From contig CAYMAO010000001.1 of assembly GCA_964388415.1 (NCBI GenBank), positions 65,072-129,071 of the forward strand: a stretch of DNA of 64,000 nt, given 5' to 3'. The position numbers were made by a program, and so were the translations under genes. The stretch comes from an uncultured Planctomycetaceae bacterium (lineage in GTDB: Bacteria; Planctomycetota; Planctomycetia; Planctomycetales; Planctomycetaceae). Below the pieces are notes generated by a model. It was not told the origin of the DNA. It saw only the letters and a program-made list of their open reading frames with translations, and made no database searches. Positions 8,754 to 19,547 of the stretch are shown piece after piece (position 1 is the first letter of the stretch; the number at the start of each line of letters is the position of its first letter).

Positions 8754-10133
8754 ATGGTGAGGGTGATGGCTCAACATCTTCAAGAGCGGTCGCTGCCGCG
8801 AAACGTGCGATTGCTCTTGGTGGATGTGGCCGGGCAGAAGGTCAACACCTTTACCGCCGAAGTGATTCGGGAGTTCGCGGACTTTCTCGCCGAGATTTCT
8901 CGGCAGCCGGACGTGCGCGGCCTGATCGTGGCCAGCGGCAAGCCGGGGCAGTTTTTCGCCGGGGCCGACCTGCATGATCTCGCCGATCCGAATCCTGCCG
9001 CACACGTGCGATGGACTTCGGCCATTCTCGACGGCAATCGCTTGATGACGGTGTTGTCGGAACTGCCGTTTCCCACGGTGACGCTGATCAACGGCGCCTG
9101 CCTGGGCGGCGGCGCGGAACTGGCGCTCGCGACGGATTTCCGCGTCGTCGCCGACGAGCCGCAGGTGAAAATCGGCCTGCCGGAAGTGACGCTCGGCCTG
9201 ATTCCCGGCTGGGGCGGCACGCAACGGCTGCCCCGACTCGTGGAGTTGGGCGCGGCGTTGGAGATGATCGTCACGGGCCAGCCGGTGGATGCCCGGCGTG
9301 CGGCGGACATCGGTCTGGTGGATGCCGTTGTACCTGCCGACCGGTTGCTTGACGCCGGCCTGGCGCGGATCGAAGACATGCAGCAGTCGCAAGAGTGGCG
9401 TGCGATGCGTCAACAGCGGAGACAACCGTTGACCTTGTCCGAGGAGCACCAGTCGCAACTATTTTCCGCTGCGGAAGCCGGGCTGCTCCAGAAATCGCCG
9501 GAGTCGAATTCCGCCCCGTGGACTGCGTTCCGCGTGGTGCGGGACGGCGTCGTGGTGCCACTGGAAGACGGGTTAGCACTTGAACGGACGGAGTTCTTGC
9601 ATCTGGTCGGCAGCCCCGTTTCCACAAAACTGATTACAGAGTTTTTCAATACATCGCGTCGGCAGCGTTCCGCGGACGTCCAGGAAGCTGGCAACACGCC
9701 CCGAGCGTTGCAGACCGTCGGAGAACAGGGAGCACGCATGTCTGAGCCACGGACGAATCCCTTCCTCGGCCATTTGCAACTGCCGCCGGTCACAGTCAGC
9801 GAGCAGGTGGCCCGGCTGGAATTCACGGTGGAGGCGATTCATCTCCGGCACGGCGGCGTCGTGCACGGCGGATTGCTGGCCGCGGTTTTGGACAGCGTGT
9901 CAGGGTACGCCGCTTATGAAGTTGCACCGCCCGGGACAGACCTGGTCTCCGTGCAGTTGAACTTGAATCTGACGGCGACGGCCCGGTTGGGTGACCGACT
10001 GACCGCCACGGCTCGGGTGCAACATGCCGGTCGCCGCACGGCCGTGGTGCAGGGGGAAATCCGCCGCGGCGATGGTAAGCTGGTCGCGTTGGGGAGCGTG
10101 ACGGTTTTTTTCATCGCGGAAGGGCTCACGTAG
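8754..10133 (+). CDS. enoyl-CoA hydratase/isomerase (crotonase) fused to PaaI/4HBT hotdog thioesterase
   Basis: Crotonase motifs FFAGADL and GGGAELALATDFRV. C-terminal hotdog motif HGGVVHGGLLAAVLDS. Confidence 0.75.
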   Translation: MVRVMAQHLQERSLPRNVRLLLVDVAGQKVNTFTAEVIREFADFLAEISRQPDVRGLIVASGKPGQFFAGADLHDLADPNPAAHVRWTSAILDGNRLMTVLSELPFPTVTLINGACLGGGAELALATDFRVVADEPQVKIGLPEVTLGLIPGWGGTQRLPRLVELGAALEMIVTGQPVDARRAADIGLVDAVVPADRLLDAGLARIEDMQQSQEWRAMRQQRRQPLTLSEEHQSQLFSAAEAGLLQKSPESNSAPWTAFRVVRDGVVVPLEDGLALERTEFLHLVGSPVSTKLITEFFNTSRRQRSADVQEAGNTPRALQTVGEQGARMSEPRTNPFLGHLQLPPVTVSEQVARLEFTVEAIHLRHGGVVHGGLLAAVLDSVSGYAAYEVAPPGTDLVSVQLNLNLTATARLGDRLTATARVQHAGRRTAVVQGEIRRGDGKLVALGSVTVFFIAEGLT

Positions 10134-10166
10134 TTTCTCGTTCGAACTCGTCGTAAGATCATCAGG

Positions 10167-11075
10167 ATGAATCACTCGTCAATCACACTGTCGGCGGGAG
10201 CGCGGTTTCGTGCGGCAATAGACGCCGAACGGCCGCTTCAAGTGGTCGGCACGGTCAATGCGTATTGTGCGCTGTTGGCCGAGCGGGCCGGTTTTCGGGC
10301 GTTGTATCTGTCGGGAGCGGGCGTGGCGAATGCGTCGTTCGGTCTGCCGGACCTGGGCATCACCACGCTGAATGACGTGTGTGAAGACGTTCGCCGCATC
10401 ACCCAGGCAACGCCGCTGCCGTTGTTGGTCGATGCCGATACGGGCTGGGGCGGGGCTTTCCTGATCGGGCGCACGATCCGGGAGTTGCACCGAGCCGGCG
10501 CGGCGGGTTGCCATCTCGAAGACCAGGTGCAGGCGAAGCGGTGCGGTCATCGTCCTGGGAAAACGCTGGTCAGCAGTGCGGAAATGTGTGACCGGCTGAA
10601 AGCCGCGATGGATGCCTCGCCCGATGATCAGTTCGTGATCATGGCTCGGACCGATGCCCATGCGGTGGAAGGACTGACGGCGGCCATCGATCGAGCCGGG
10701 GCCTATGTCGACGCCGGGGCCCACATGATCTTCGCCGAGGCGCTCACCAGCCTGGAAGACTATCGGGCTTTCACCCAGGCGATCTCGGTGCCCGTGCTGG
10801 CGAACATCACCGAATTCGGCAAGACGCCCTTGTTTCGCACCGACGAACTCGGCGCCAGTGGAGTGCGGCTGGTGCTCTACCCCTTGAGCGCCTTCCGCGC
10901 GATGAATCGCGCCGCCGAACGGGTTTATCGTACGCTCAGGAAGGAACAGTCCCAGGCTTCGGTTCTCGAACTGATGCAAACCCGAGACGAACTGTACGAT
11001 GTCCTCGGCTATCTCCGCTACGAGCAGCAGCTCGACGCGTTGTTTTCTCACGATCCACCCGGCAAGCCGTCATGA
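10167..11075 (+). CDS. prpB: 2-methylisocitrate lyase (PEP mutase/ICL superfamily)
   Basis: KRCGH active-site signature within [15 protein letters not shown]. Overall PrpB-like sequence. 4-nt overlap (ATGA) with the downstream citrate synthase homolog. Confidence 0.8.
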   Translation: MNHSSITLSAGARFRAAIDAERPLQVVGTVNAYCALLAERAGFRALYLSGAGVANASFGLPDLGITTLNDVCEDVRRITQATPLPLLVDADTGWGGAFLIGRTIRELHRAGAAGCHLEDQVQAKRCGHRPGKTLVSSAEMCDRLKAAMDASPDDQFVIMARTDAHAVEGLTAAIDRAGAYVDAGAHMIFAEALTSLEDYRAFTQAISVPVLANITEFGKTPLFRTDELGASGVRLVLYPLSAFRAMNRAAERVYRTLRKEQSQASVLELMQTRDELYDVLGYLRYEQQLDALFSHDPPGKPS

Positions 11076-12226
11076 GTGATTCTCCAGCCAATTCGCAGTT
11101 CAAGCCGAAAAAATCGGTGGCGCTGTCGGGCGTCATCGCAGGCAATACCGCGCTGAGCACCGTCGGCCAGACCGGCAACGACCTGCATTACCGCGGATAC
11201 GACATCCGGGACCTCGCCGCGAACTGCGAGTTCGAAGAAGTCGCGTACCTGTTGATCCACGGCACGCTGCCGAACGCCACGGAACTCGCCGCGTACAAGG
11301 CGAAGCTGCAATCGCTGCGAACTTTGCCGACCGCGGTGTGCCGCGTGTTGGAGAATCTTCCTCAGGCAACGCATCCGATGGATGTGCTGCGGACCGGCGT
11401 TTCTGTTCTGGGTTGCCTGGAGCCGGAAGCGCAGACTCATGATCCGGCCATGGCCCGAGACCTGATCGACCGGTTGCTGGCATCGCTCGTCTCGATGCTG
11501 CTGTACTGGCATCACTTCGCTGCGCAGGGCCGCCGCATCGATGTTTCGTCATCGGAAAGCTCAGTGGGGGGCCAGTTTCTGCAACTGCTGCACGGTTCGC
11601 GCCCGCCGGCGTCGCAGGTGCAGGCCATGCACGGGTCGCTGACCCTCTATGCTGAACATGAATTCAATGCGTCGACGTTTGCGGCAAGAGTCATAGCCGG
11701 AACCGGATCCGATCTGTATTCCGCCGTGACGGGGGCCATTGGTGCGCTGCGCGGTCCGAAACACGGGGGGGCGAATGAATACGCGTTCCTGATCCAGAGC
11801 CGCTATGCAACACCCGATGAAGCCGAGGCCGACATCCTGAGACGCATGGCCGCGAAGGAAATTCTCATCGGCTTTGGACATCCCGTCTACACGATTTCCG
11901 ATCCGCGGAACGAGGCGATTAAGGAGATCGCCCGCTCGCTCTCCGAAGCGGCCGGCGACATGACGCTGTTTCACATCGCGGAGCGCATCGAAACGGTGAT
12001 GTGGCGCGAGAAGAAAATGTTTCCCAATCTCGACTGGTACAGCGCGGTGGCCTATCACCGGTTGGGTATCCCCACGGCCATGTTCACTCCGTTGTTTGTG
12101 CTGGCCCGCATCACAGGCTGGGGGGCTCACGTGCTGGAGCAGCGTGCGGACAACAAGATCATCCGGCCCGGGGCCCATTACGTCGGGCCGGACAATCGGC
12201 CCTTCGTGCCTCGGGATCGGCGCTGA
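11072..12226 (+). CDS. prpC: 2-methylcitrate synthase / citrate synthase family
   Basis: Citrate synthase family sequence (GYDIRDL..., GFGHPVY, HGGANE). Translationally coupled to prpB. Confidence 0.8.
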   Translation: MSDSPANSQFKPKKSVALSGVIAGNTALSTVGQTGNDLHYRGYDIRDLAANCEFEEVAYLLIHGTLPNATELAAYKAKLQSLRTLPTAVCRVLENLPQATHPMDVLRTGVSVLGCLEPEAQTHDPAMARDLIDRLLASLVSMLLYWHHFAAQGRRIDVSSSESSVGGQFLQLLHGSRPPASQVQAMHGSLTLYAEHEFNASTFAARVIAGTGSDLYSAVTGAIGALRGPKHGGANEYAFLIQSRYATPDEAEADILRRMAAKEILIGFGHPVYTISDPRNEAIKEIARSLSEAAGDMTLFHIAERIETVMWREKKMFPNLDWYSAVAYHRLGIPTAMFTPLFVLARITGWGAHVLEQRADNKIIRPGAHYVGPDNRPFVPRDRR

Positions 12227-12289
12227 TTTCTCATTGTCGTCTGTAAGCCCTTTTGCGCCCCCCCGCTCGGGTCGAGATCCCAGCGCGAA

Positions 12290-13222
12290 TCACATCTCTC
12301 GGGCCGATTCACGGCCGGGGATTCTGCGATAGATCTGCAGCATTCCGATCAGCATCACGAATCCGAGGCCCGCGAGCGCCGCCAGAATCAACAGGCCATA
12401 CCAGTCACCGAAGATGCCGCGCGTGCGGAGCCAGATCGGCCCCCAACTGTACAAGACGATCAGCGCGCCGCCGCCGAGAAACGGCCCGAACGGAATGTAG
12501 GGCTTGTTGGTCATCAGCTTGAGCGGAATCCCGACCAGCAGCCCCAAGAGCGGCGCGAGCAGAAACGCGCAGACCGCGGGCTGCCAGCCAAGAAAACTGC
12601 CGATCACCGCCATCAGCGTGACATCCCCGAACCCCAGCGTTTCCCGGCCCATGAGCCAACTGCTCACGGCGCGCACCAGCCACGTCAGGCCCGCGCCGAT
12701 GACCAGTCCGGCACCGCTCCAGGACAGCCCATGCCAGTGACGGTGGGCGTCAAACCAGTCGGGAAAATACGGCCCGCGAACCTGCGGCATTTCGATGCTC
12801 CAATCCACCCACAGATGGATCAACTGCAGCTCGCCGGAGAGAAACGCCGCCAGTAAGCCCACCGCCATCCCGGGCAGGGTGATCTGATCCGGGATCACGT
12901 AGCCGTCCCAATCCACGGCGGTGGCGACGAGAATCAGGCCGATCAGCACCTGGTGGTAGATTAACCGAAGGTTCTCACCCCAGGGCGATGGCAAAACCTC
13001 CGGGGTCGCTTGCCCGCCGGCGGCAACCTTTTGAGCCAGAATGACGCACAGGCCAATGTACCAGAGAGTCATCGTCCCGATCCGCAGGCGTTGCGTGCCG
13101 ATCGAAAGTGCCGTTCGGCCAGTTTCGCGGCGATCTTGAACAATCAATCGCAGCGACCACCAGCCGAAGAACAGGCCCAGAGGAGGAGCGATCAGAACGG
13201 TGATCGAGACTGGATTCTGCAA
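12290..13222 (-). CDS. A24-family type IV prepilin leader peptidase
   Basis: Polytopic membrane protein with GFGDVTLMAVIGSFLGW matching the prepilin peptidase catalytic-Asp region. True start may be an internal Met (e.g. MTLWYIG). Confidence 0.7.
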   Translation of the reverse strand: MQNPVSITVLIAPPLGLFFGWWSLRLIVQDRRETGRTALSIGTQRLRIGTMTLWYIGLCVILAQKVAAGGQATPEVLPSPWGENLRLIYHQVLIGLILVATAVDWDGYVIPDQITLPGMAVGLLAAFLSGELQLIHLWVDWSIEMPQVRGPYFPDWFDAHRHWHGLSWSGAGLVIGAGLTWLVRAVSSWLMGRETLGFGDVTLMAVIGSFLGWQPAVCAFLLAPLLGLLVGIPLKLMTNKPYIPFGPFLGGGALIVLYSWGPIWLRTRGIFGDWYGLLILAALAGLGFVMLIGMLQIYRRIPGRESAREM

Positions 13223-13347
13223 GCGGCGGATTCCCTTCAGATCAGAAACATATCCATCCAGACGCTTCAGTTCGTGAACGGTGTTGGATACGATTGGAAA
13301 TTCCTGCCGCGGTCTTGAGGCGGCAATTTCGTGAATGCTGAAGCATT

Positions 13348-13364
13348 CGGCACCAATGTTGCAA
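13348..13364 (+). promoter_or_regulatory. sigma-54 (-24/-12) promoter for amt
   Basis: cGGCACcaatgTTGCA matches TGGCAC-N5-TTGCA with correct GG/GC spacing, ~118 nt upstream of the amt start. Immediately preceded by palindrome GAATGCTGAAGCATTC (13332-13347). Confidence 0.6.
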
Positions 13365-13481
13365 TAGTATCGGCTCGGTGGTGAACCGACAGCGAGCGTG
13401 CCGGACGGCTCGCAGGCTCAGCGGAAATGGCTCAAGGCCACGTTCAACATCGTATCTATTTACTATAAAAGGGGTTGTGAG

Positions 13482-14879
13482 ATGGGTCGGCTATTCGGGA
13501 TTCTGCTCGCGGTGATTTTTGCAACCTGTTTTTCAGAAACAACTTACGGAGATATTGAAGTCGCCAGCCCTCCGGCGGCCGCTCCTGCGTCCGTCCCGTT
13601 GGACAAAGCCGATATCACTTGGGTGCTTGTTTCTTCGGCATTGGTGCTCATGATGACGGCACCTGGTCTGGCGTTGTTTTATGGCGGGCTCGTTCGCAAA
13701 AAAAATATTCTGGGGGTGATGATGCAGTGCATGTTCCTCATGGGGATCATGTCGCTCGTCTGGGCGCTCTGGGGTTACAGCCTCGCCTTCAGCGGCGACG
13801 TGGGCGGGTACGGAGTGATTGGGGACCTCGGGTTTGTCGGCCTTCAAGGCGTGATGCCGACGGCTGCCGCGGCAGGAGAATATCCGAAAGATGATACCGC
13901 CACCATTCCACGCATGTTGCACATGATTTTCCAGATGATGTTCTTCATTATTACGCCGGGGCTGATTTGCGGCGCCTTTGCCGAGCGGATGAAATTCTCG
14001 GCGATGGTCGTCTTTTCGGTGCTTTGGGGAACGCTGATCTACTGTCCGGTCGCGCATTGGGTCTGGTCGGGCAGCGGCTGGTGTTCGGAATTCAACACGA
14101 ATGTCGCGTTCAAGATCAAGGCCATTGATTTTGCCGGCGGGACGGTGGTGCACATCACATCGGGGTTCTCGGCGCTGGTCTGTGCGCTGCTGTTGGGAAA
14201 GCGGCTGGGCTACGGTCAAGAGCCGATGCCGCCGCACAACTTGACATACACCTGTATCGGAGCGGCTCTGTTGTGGGTCGGTTGGTTCGGCTTCAACGGG
14301 GGCAGCCAATTGGCGTCAGACGTCCGCGCGGTGAACGCCTTCGTGTCGACGCACATGGCGGCAGCCGCCGGGCTGGTGGCGTGGGCCGGGATGGAATGGG
14401 TATTGCGCGGCAAGCCGAGCATCCTGGGGGCGTGTTCCGGCGCGGTCGCCGGGCTGGTCTGCATCACGCCCGCCTGCGGTTCGGTCACGCCGATGAACGG
14501 CATCCTCCTGGGCCTGGCGGCGGGCGTGGTCTGTTACTATGCGTGCACGAAACTCAAGAATCAGTTCAAGTATGATGACTCGCTGGACGCATTCGGCGTC
14601 CACGGCGTCGGCGGGACGCTGGGGGCCATTCTGACCGGCGTGTTCGCCTCCAAGGCGATCACCGGCCCGACCGGGTTGCACGGGTTGATCGAAGGAAACG
14701 CGAAGCAGTTCGTCGATCAGTTGATTGCCATCGGCGCGGCGGCTGCATTGGCCATCGTCGGCACGGTGATTCTGCTGAAAGTCATCGATGCCGTGATCGG
14801 GCTTCGCATCAGCCAGGCCGGCGAACTGCAGGGGCTGGACATCAATCAACATGGTGAAGAAGGCTATATCTTCCTATAA
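13482..14879 (+). CDS. amt: ammonium transporter (Amt family)
   Basis: Signal/TM N-terminus and Amt signature DFAGGTVVHI. ATG 13482 with AAAAGGGG RBS. Track start 13398 is GTG. Confidence 0.9.
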   Translation: MGRLFGILLAVIFATCFSETTYGDIEVASPPAAAPASVPLDKADITWVLVSSALVLMMTAPGLALFYGGLVRKKNILGVMMQCMFLMGIMSLVWALWGYSLAFSGDVGGYGVIGDLGFVGLQGVMPTAAAAGEYPKDDTATIPRMLHMIFQMMFFIITPGLICGAFAERMKFSAMVVFSVLWGTLIYCPVAHWVWSGSGWCSEFNTNVAFKIKAIDFAGGTVVHITSGFSALVCALLLGKRLGYGQEPMPPHNLTYTCIGAALLWVGWFGFNGGSQLASDVRAVNAFVSTHMAAAAGLVAWAGMEWVLRGKPSILGACSGAVAGLVCITPACGSVTPMNGILLGLAAGVVCYYACTKLKNQFKYDDSLDAFGVHGVGGTLGAILTGVFASKAITGPTGLHGLIEGNAKQFVDQLIAIGAAAALAIVGTVILLKVIDAVIGLRISQAGELQGLDINQHGEEGYIFL

Positions 14880-15284
<405 letters not shown>

Positions 15285-15300
15285 TTCCTCTCGAGAGGAA
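15285..15300. promoter_or_regulatory. perfect 16-bp palindrome TTCCTCTCGAGAGGAA between the two PII genes
   Basis: Immediately follows the glnK stop (15282-15284). Perfect dyad. Not followed by a T-tract. Confidence 0.4.
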
Positions 15301-15322
15301 CCCCACTGATCAATCTGCCTGA

Positions 15323-15679
<357 letters not shown>

Positions 15680-15701
15680 AGCGGGATGAGACACGAAAAA
15701 C

Positions 15702-15852
15702 ACGTTCGGCGCGGGTCTCCTGACCCCGCCGACTTCTTGCCTGCGGTCTCCTGACCGCTGTTCGGAATCCTGTGACACGTAACATCGGCATTAAACAGGG
15801 AGCGGGAGTCCCAAGAAGAAAACGGCGGGGTCAGGAGACCCTCGCCGAACGT
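15702..15852. repeat. composite palindromic repeat cluster: two 29-nt inverted arms (28/29 match) plus an internal third unit GCGGTCTCCTGACCGC
   Basis: Arm1 ACGTTCGGCGCGGGTCTCCTGACCCCGCC at 15702-15730. Arm2 at 15824-15852 is its reverse complement with one mismatch. Each unit also contains a local hairpin GGGTC-TCCT-GACCC. Confidence 0.6.
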
Positions 15853-15950
15853 CGAAGCCAAATGCTCATGCCTTGCCTTTTCGTGCGTTCTAGTGTTTTT
15901 TGTGGCAGCCCTGCCTTGAATTGTCTCCGGATTTCCTCGGGCCATCGATC

Positions 15951-18638
15951 ATGAGCGGCCCTGCCGCCACGACACCACCGGGCGATTCCGCGCGTCGAAC
16001 GGAGAACCGCCGCCGGTTGGACGCACTCCGTCAGCAGGCTCGGCAGCGGTTTGAGCGCGGAGCCACGGGGCTGCAGGTTGGCGGGGGATTGTCGCTCGGC
16101 TTCGATGAACTCGTGCTGTTCCTGCTGGAAGACGCTTTGGAAACCTGTTCCGCCCCGGAGCAGGCCGTCTTGCGGGAGACCACGGCGGTGGCAGCCGTGG
16201 GCGGGTCCGGCCGAGGGGAACTGGCTCCGTATTCGGATGTTGACCTGCTGTTCCTGTTTCGACCGGAAGCGGAAACGCTGTTTGCCCGCATCGTCTCCCA
16301 GGTCGTTCGGGATGCCTGGGATTCTGGGCTGAAACTCGGCCACAGCGTGCGAACCGTCCGCGATGCAGTCCAGGCGGCCAGGCAAGACATTCAGTTCGCG
16401 ACCGCGCTGACCGATCTGCGGCCGTTGTGGGGATCGGCGTCGCTGACGGCTGAACTGGGCCGCCGATTTCGCAGGGGCGTCTTGCAGGGTCGGGTCGGTC
16501 CCTTTCAGGCCGAATGCGTGGAGGCCCGTGAAAAAGAACGCCAGGAAGCCGGCGGCGCGGTGCTGCAACTGGAGCCGGACATCAAGCGCTCCTTCGGCGG
16601 GATGCGCGATCTGCATCTCATCCGCTGGATCGGCTTCGCGAACTACGGCGTGAGCGAGACCGATTCGCTCCGGCTCCGCGGCGTGCTCACCAAGGAGGAC
16701 GCCCGGAGGCTCTCGGTCGCCCATGATTATCTGCTGGCGCTGCGGATCAATCTCCATTTTCACGCCGGCAAGCCGCACGACGTCCTCACCCGGGATCATC
16801 AACTGCGCATCTCCCAGGAGCGGTCGATCACCGGGACAAAAGGGCAGCTTCCCGTCGAGCGGTTCATGCAGGATTATTTTCGGCACAGCCTGGCCGTCGC
16901 CGAAATCGCCGACCGGTTTGTCGCCCAGCATCAAAAGACGCCGTGGCTCAGACGGCTGTTCGATTTTGTGATGACGATTCGCATCGATGACATTTATCGC
17001 GTCGGGCCGAGGCAGGTCGATGTGCTGCGCCGCCAGCGCGCGGAGGTCACCGGTTCGCTGGAAGGGGCGCTGCAACTCTACCTGACGGCGGCCCGCTATC
17101 GCGTCGACCCGGCGCATTCCCTGCTGGAGATGATCCAGGAGCAGTCGCCGGCGTTCTCTCAGGCGCTCAGTCCGGAGGCTTCGTCCACGTTTCTACAGAT
17201 TCTCGCCACGCCGGGCCGGCTCGGCAAGGTGCTGCGGAGCATGTATCACACCGGCGTTTTGGAGACGGTCTTGCCGGCGTTCCGGCATGTGCGGTGCCTG
17301 CTGCAGTTCAATCAATATCACAGCTACACCGTGGACGAGCATACGCTGCGGACGATTGAAGTCCTCGAATCGTATGAGACCGATCCCGGGCCGATCGGGC
17401 AGGCGTACCGTGAGATCCGGCATCACGAAATCCTGCACCTGGCGCTGTTGCTCCACGACGCCGGCAAAGGGTTCGAGGAAGACCACTCGGAAATCGGCAA
17501 AAGACTGGCGGAAGAAGCCGCCGACCGGCTAAGGCTGACCGACGCCCGGCGCACGCTGCTGGTGTTCCTGGTGCACCGCCATTTGCTGATGGCCGAACTG
17601 GCACTCCGCCGCGATTCCACCGACCCGAACGTGTTGCTGAACTTCAGCCGCGAGGTCGGCAGTCCGGAAACCTTGAAGCTGCTCTTCGTGCTGACGGCGG
17701 CAGACATCAGTGCCGTCGGCCCCGGCGTCTGGACGTCGTGGAAATCGGAACTGCTGGTCAGCCTGTATGAACGGACGATGCAATGGCTGAGCGGCCAGAG
17801 CCATCTGTTGCAGGAGACGGCCCGTTTAGATGCGATCCGCCAGGACGTCGCGGCCAAATTGAAGACGACGCAGTCGCCCGACGAGACCTCGCGCAAGCTA
17901 GACTTGTTCCCGGCGCATTACTTGTTGTCCACCCCCCCGGAGCGCATTGCGGCCGATTTGCAGATGATCGCCGCACGGCAGCCGGGTGACATCTGCGTCG
18001 AAGGCCGTTATGATCCCGACACCGATACGGTCGCCTATCGGGTCATCACGCAGGAAGACGTCGTCCAAGGCTGCTTTCACAAATTGACCGGCGTCCTCAC
18101 GGCGCAAAGGATGGAAATTCTGTCCGCCGGCATCTGCACCAGCCAGGACGGCATCATCATCGACAGCTACCGGGTGGTAGATCACGATCACGCCGGGGAA
18201 GTGCCGGACTTTCGGATCGATGACGTGGCGGCGGCGATCCGCCGCGTGCTGACCGGCCAGGTCGCGGTGGAAACGATGTTGTCCTCGCGCGGAAGGTTCG
18301 GCCCCAGCCGTTTCCGCGGGCCGCTGTCCAACTTGCCGCTTCGGGTGGTGATCGACAACGACTGGTCCGACCGTTCCACGGTGATCGAAGTCTTCGCCCA
18401 TGATCGCCCGGGGCTGTTGTACCTGATCTCCCGGGCAATCTTTCAGCTTGAGTTGTCGGTGGCCCGCGCGCAGATTTCGACGCATTTCGACCAGGTCGTG
18501 GATGCGTTTTACGTGACCGATCTCCAGGGCCGAAAAATCGACGACGAACGCCGGCAAAAGGAAATTCACGATCAACTGGTCGAGGAAATCAGCCGCTTCG
18601 AACAAGCCGCCCAGTCGGAGACCCTCGCGACACGCTGA
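15951..18638 (+). CDS. glnD: [protein-PII] uridylyltransferase / uridylyl-removing enzyme
   Basis: Nucleotidyltransferase motif GGSGRGELAPYSDVDLLFL. HD domain (HTVDEHTL..., LLHDAGKG). Two C-terminal ACT-like domains. Start ATG 15951 (track TTG 15900); the start is uncertain. Confidence 0.85.
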   Translation: MSGPAATTPPGDSARRTENRRRLDALRQQARQRFERGATGLQVGGGLSLGFDELVLFLLEDALETCSAPEQAVLRETTAVAAVGGSGRGELAPYSDVDLLFLFRPEAETLFARIVSQVVRDAWDSGLKLGHSVRTVRDAVQAARQDIQFATALTDLRPLWGSASLTAELGRRFRRGVLQGRVGPFQAECVEAREKERQEAGGAVLQLEPDIKRSFGGMRDLHLIRWIGFANYGVSETDSLRLRGVLTKEDARRLSVAHDYLLALRINLHFHAGKPHDVLTRDHQLRISQERSITGTKGQLPVERFMQDYFRHSLAVAEIADRFVAQHQKTPWLRRLFDFVMTIRIDDIYRVGPRQVDVLRRQRAEVTGSLEGALQLYLTAARYRVDPAHSLLEMIQEQSPAFSQALSPEASSTFLQILATPGRLGKVLRSMYHTGVLETVLPAFRHVRCLLQFNQYHSYTVDEHTLRTIEVLESYETDPGPIGQAYREIRHHEILHLALLLHDAGKGFEEDHSEIGKRLAEEAADRLRLTDARRTLLVFLVHRHLLMAELALRRDSTDPNVLLNFSREVGSPETLKLLFVLTAADISAVGPGVWTSWKSELLVSLYERTMQWLSGQSHLLQETARLDAIRQDVAAKLKTTQSPDETSRKLDLFPAHYLLSTPPERIAADLQMIAARQPGDICVEGRYDPDTDTVAYRVITQEDVVQGCFHKLTGVLTAQRMEILSAGICTSQDGIIIDSYRVVDHDHAGEVPDFRIDDVAAAIRRVLTGQVAVETMLSSRGRFGPSRFRGPLSNLPLRVVIDNDWSDRSTVIEVFAHDRPGLLYLISRAIFQLELSVARAQISTHFDQVVDAFYVTDLQGRKIDDERRQKEIHDQLVEEISRFEQAAQSETLATR

Positions 18639-18856
18639 CGGGATCCGCTCAGCGGAACCGGGCCTGTTCCCTCACGCCTCTGCCTCTGCGCTACCAGAGA
18701 TCGATGCTTTCGTGCCCGGCGTCTGCTGCCGAGGCGGCAGCCTGTCTCGTTCGACAACCCCTCGCTTTGATGGCAGAATGAGCGTGAACAAAGACACCCT
18801 GAAGACCGCCCATCCCGAAGCGACGCCGTCGTCGGCAATCAAGGAATCGGCTGGCT

Positions 18857-19453
18857 ATGACAATGGCGACATCTCTGTCCCTGCTCGACGGACTCAAGCG
18901 GAATGATCACGAAGCCTGGGAACAGTTTCGGAAAATCTATCAAGAGCGGCTTCACAAGCAATTGTGGTTGATTCTCAGGGATCAGCACGACGTCGAAGAC
19001 GTCTACCAGGAAGTGCTGGTTGTGCTGCGCGACCGGATGCCGACGTTCGACCGCCAACGGACGGGTTCCTTCCGAACGTTTCTAAAACTCACTTGCCTGA
19101 ATATTGCACGCGACCGTCGTCGCAAGAATCGCAAAGAGCGGCCGCCGTCCGGCGTTCCGTCGCCTGACGATGTGCTTGATGTCGAACAGCTCAACGACTC
19201 CGAGAGCGAATTGAGCAAGAAGTGGGAACAAGACCACGAGGATTTTGTGGCGGGAAAAGTCTTGGAGGAACTGCGCAAACGCTGCGGCGACCGGAACTAC
19301 GAAATCTGGTGCGAGTTTGTGCAGAAGAAGCTGCCGCGCGCAGAAAGCGCCGAAAAGTTTGGCATGTCGATTGCCAACCTGCACGTCGTTTACCACAACG
19401 TGCAGAAAGTCCTGAATCAAATCAAAGCGGAGTGGGGCGACCTCTTCGAATGA
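18857..19453 (+). CDS. ECF-type RNA polymerase sigma factor
   Basis: Sigma-70 region 2-like (DVEDVYQEVLVVLRDRMPTFD) and region 4-like HTH (AEKFGMSIANLHVVYHNVQKVL). AAGGAA RBS 10 nt upstream of the ATG. Confidence 0.75.
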   Translation: MTMATSLSLLDGLKRNDHEAWEQFRKIYQERLHKQLWLILRDQHDVEDVYQEVLVVLRDRMPTFDRQRTGSFRTFLKLTCLNIARDRRRKNRKERPPSGVPSPDDVLDVEQLNDSESELSKKWEQDHEDFVAGKVLEELRKRCGDRNYEIWCEFVQKKLPRAESAEKFGMSIANLHVVYHNVQKVLNQIKAEWGDLFE

Positions 19454-19547
19454 AAAAAGTCCGCCAGGAATTCCCGGATTCTTTGAGACGTTTTCACGAA
19501 TTCCCCCATTTCTCTTCCGGGATCCTTCCTGAGAGAGACGCCAGACA

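Noticed and set aside
15831-17117. 428-aa ORF on the minus strand
   Set aside because: Antisense to glnD, which has unambiguous NT-transferase and HD motifs.
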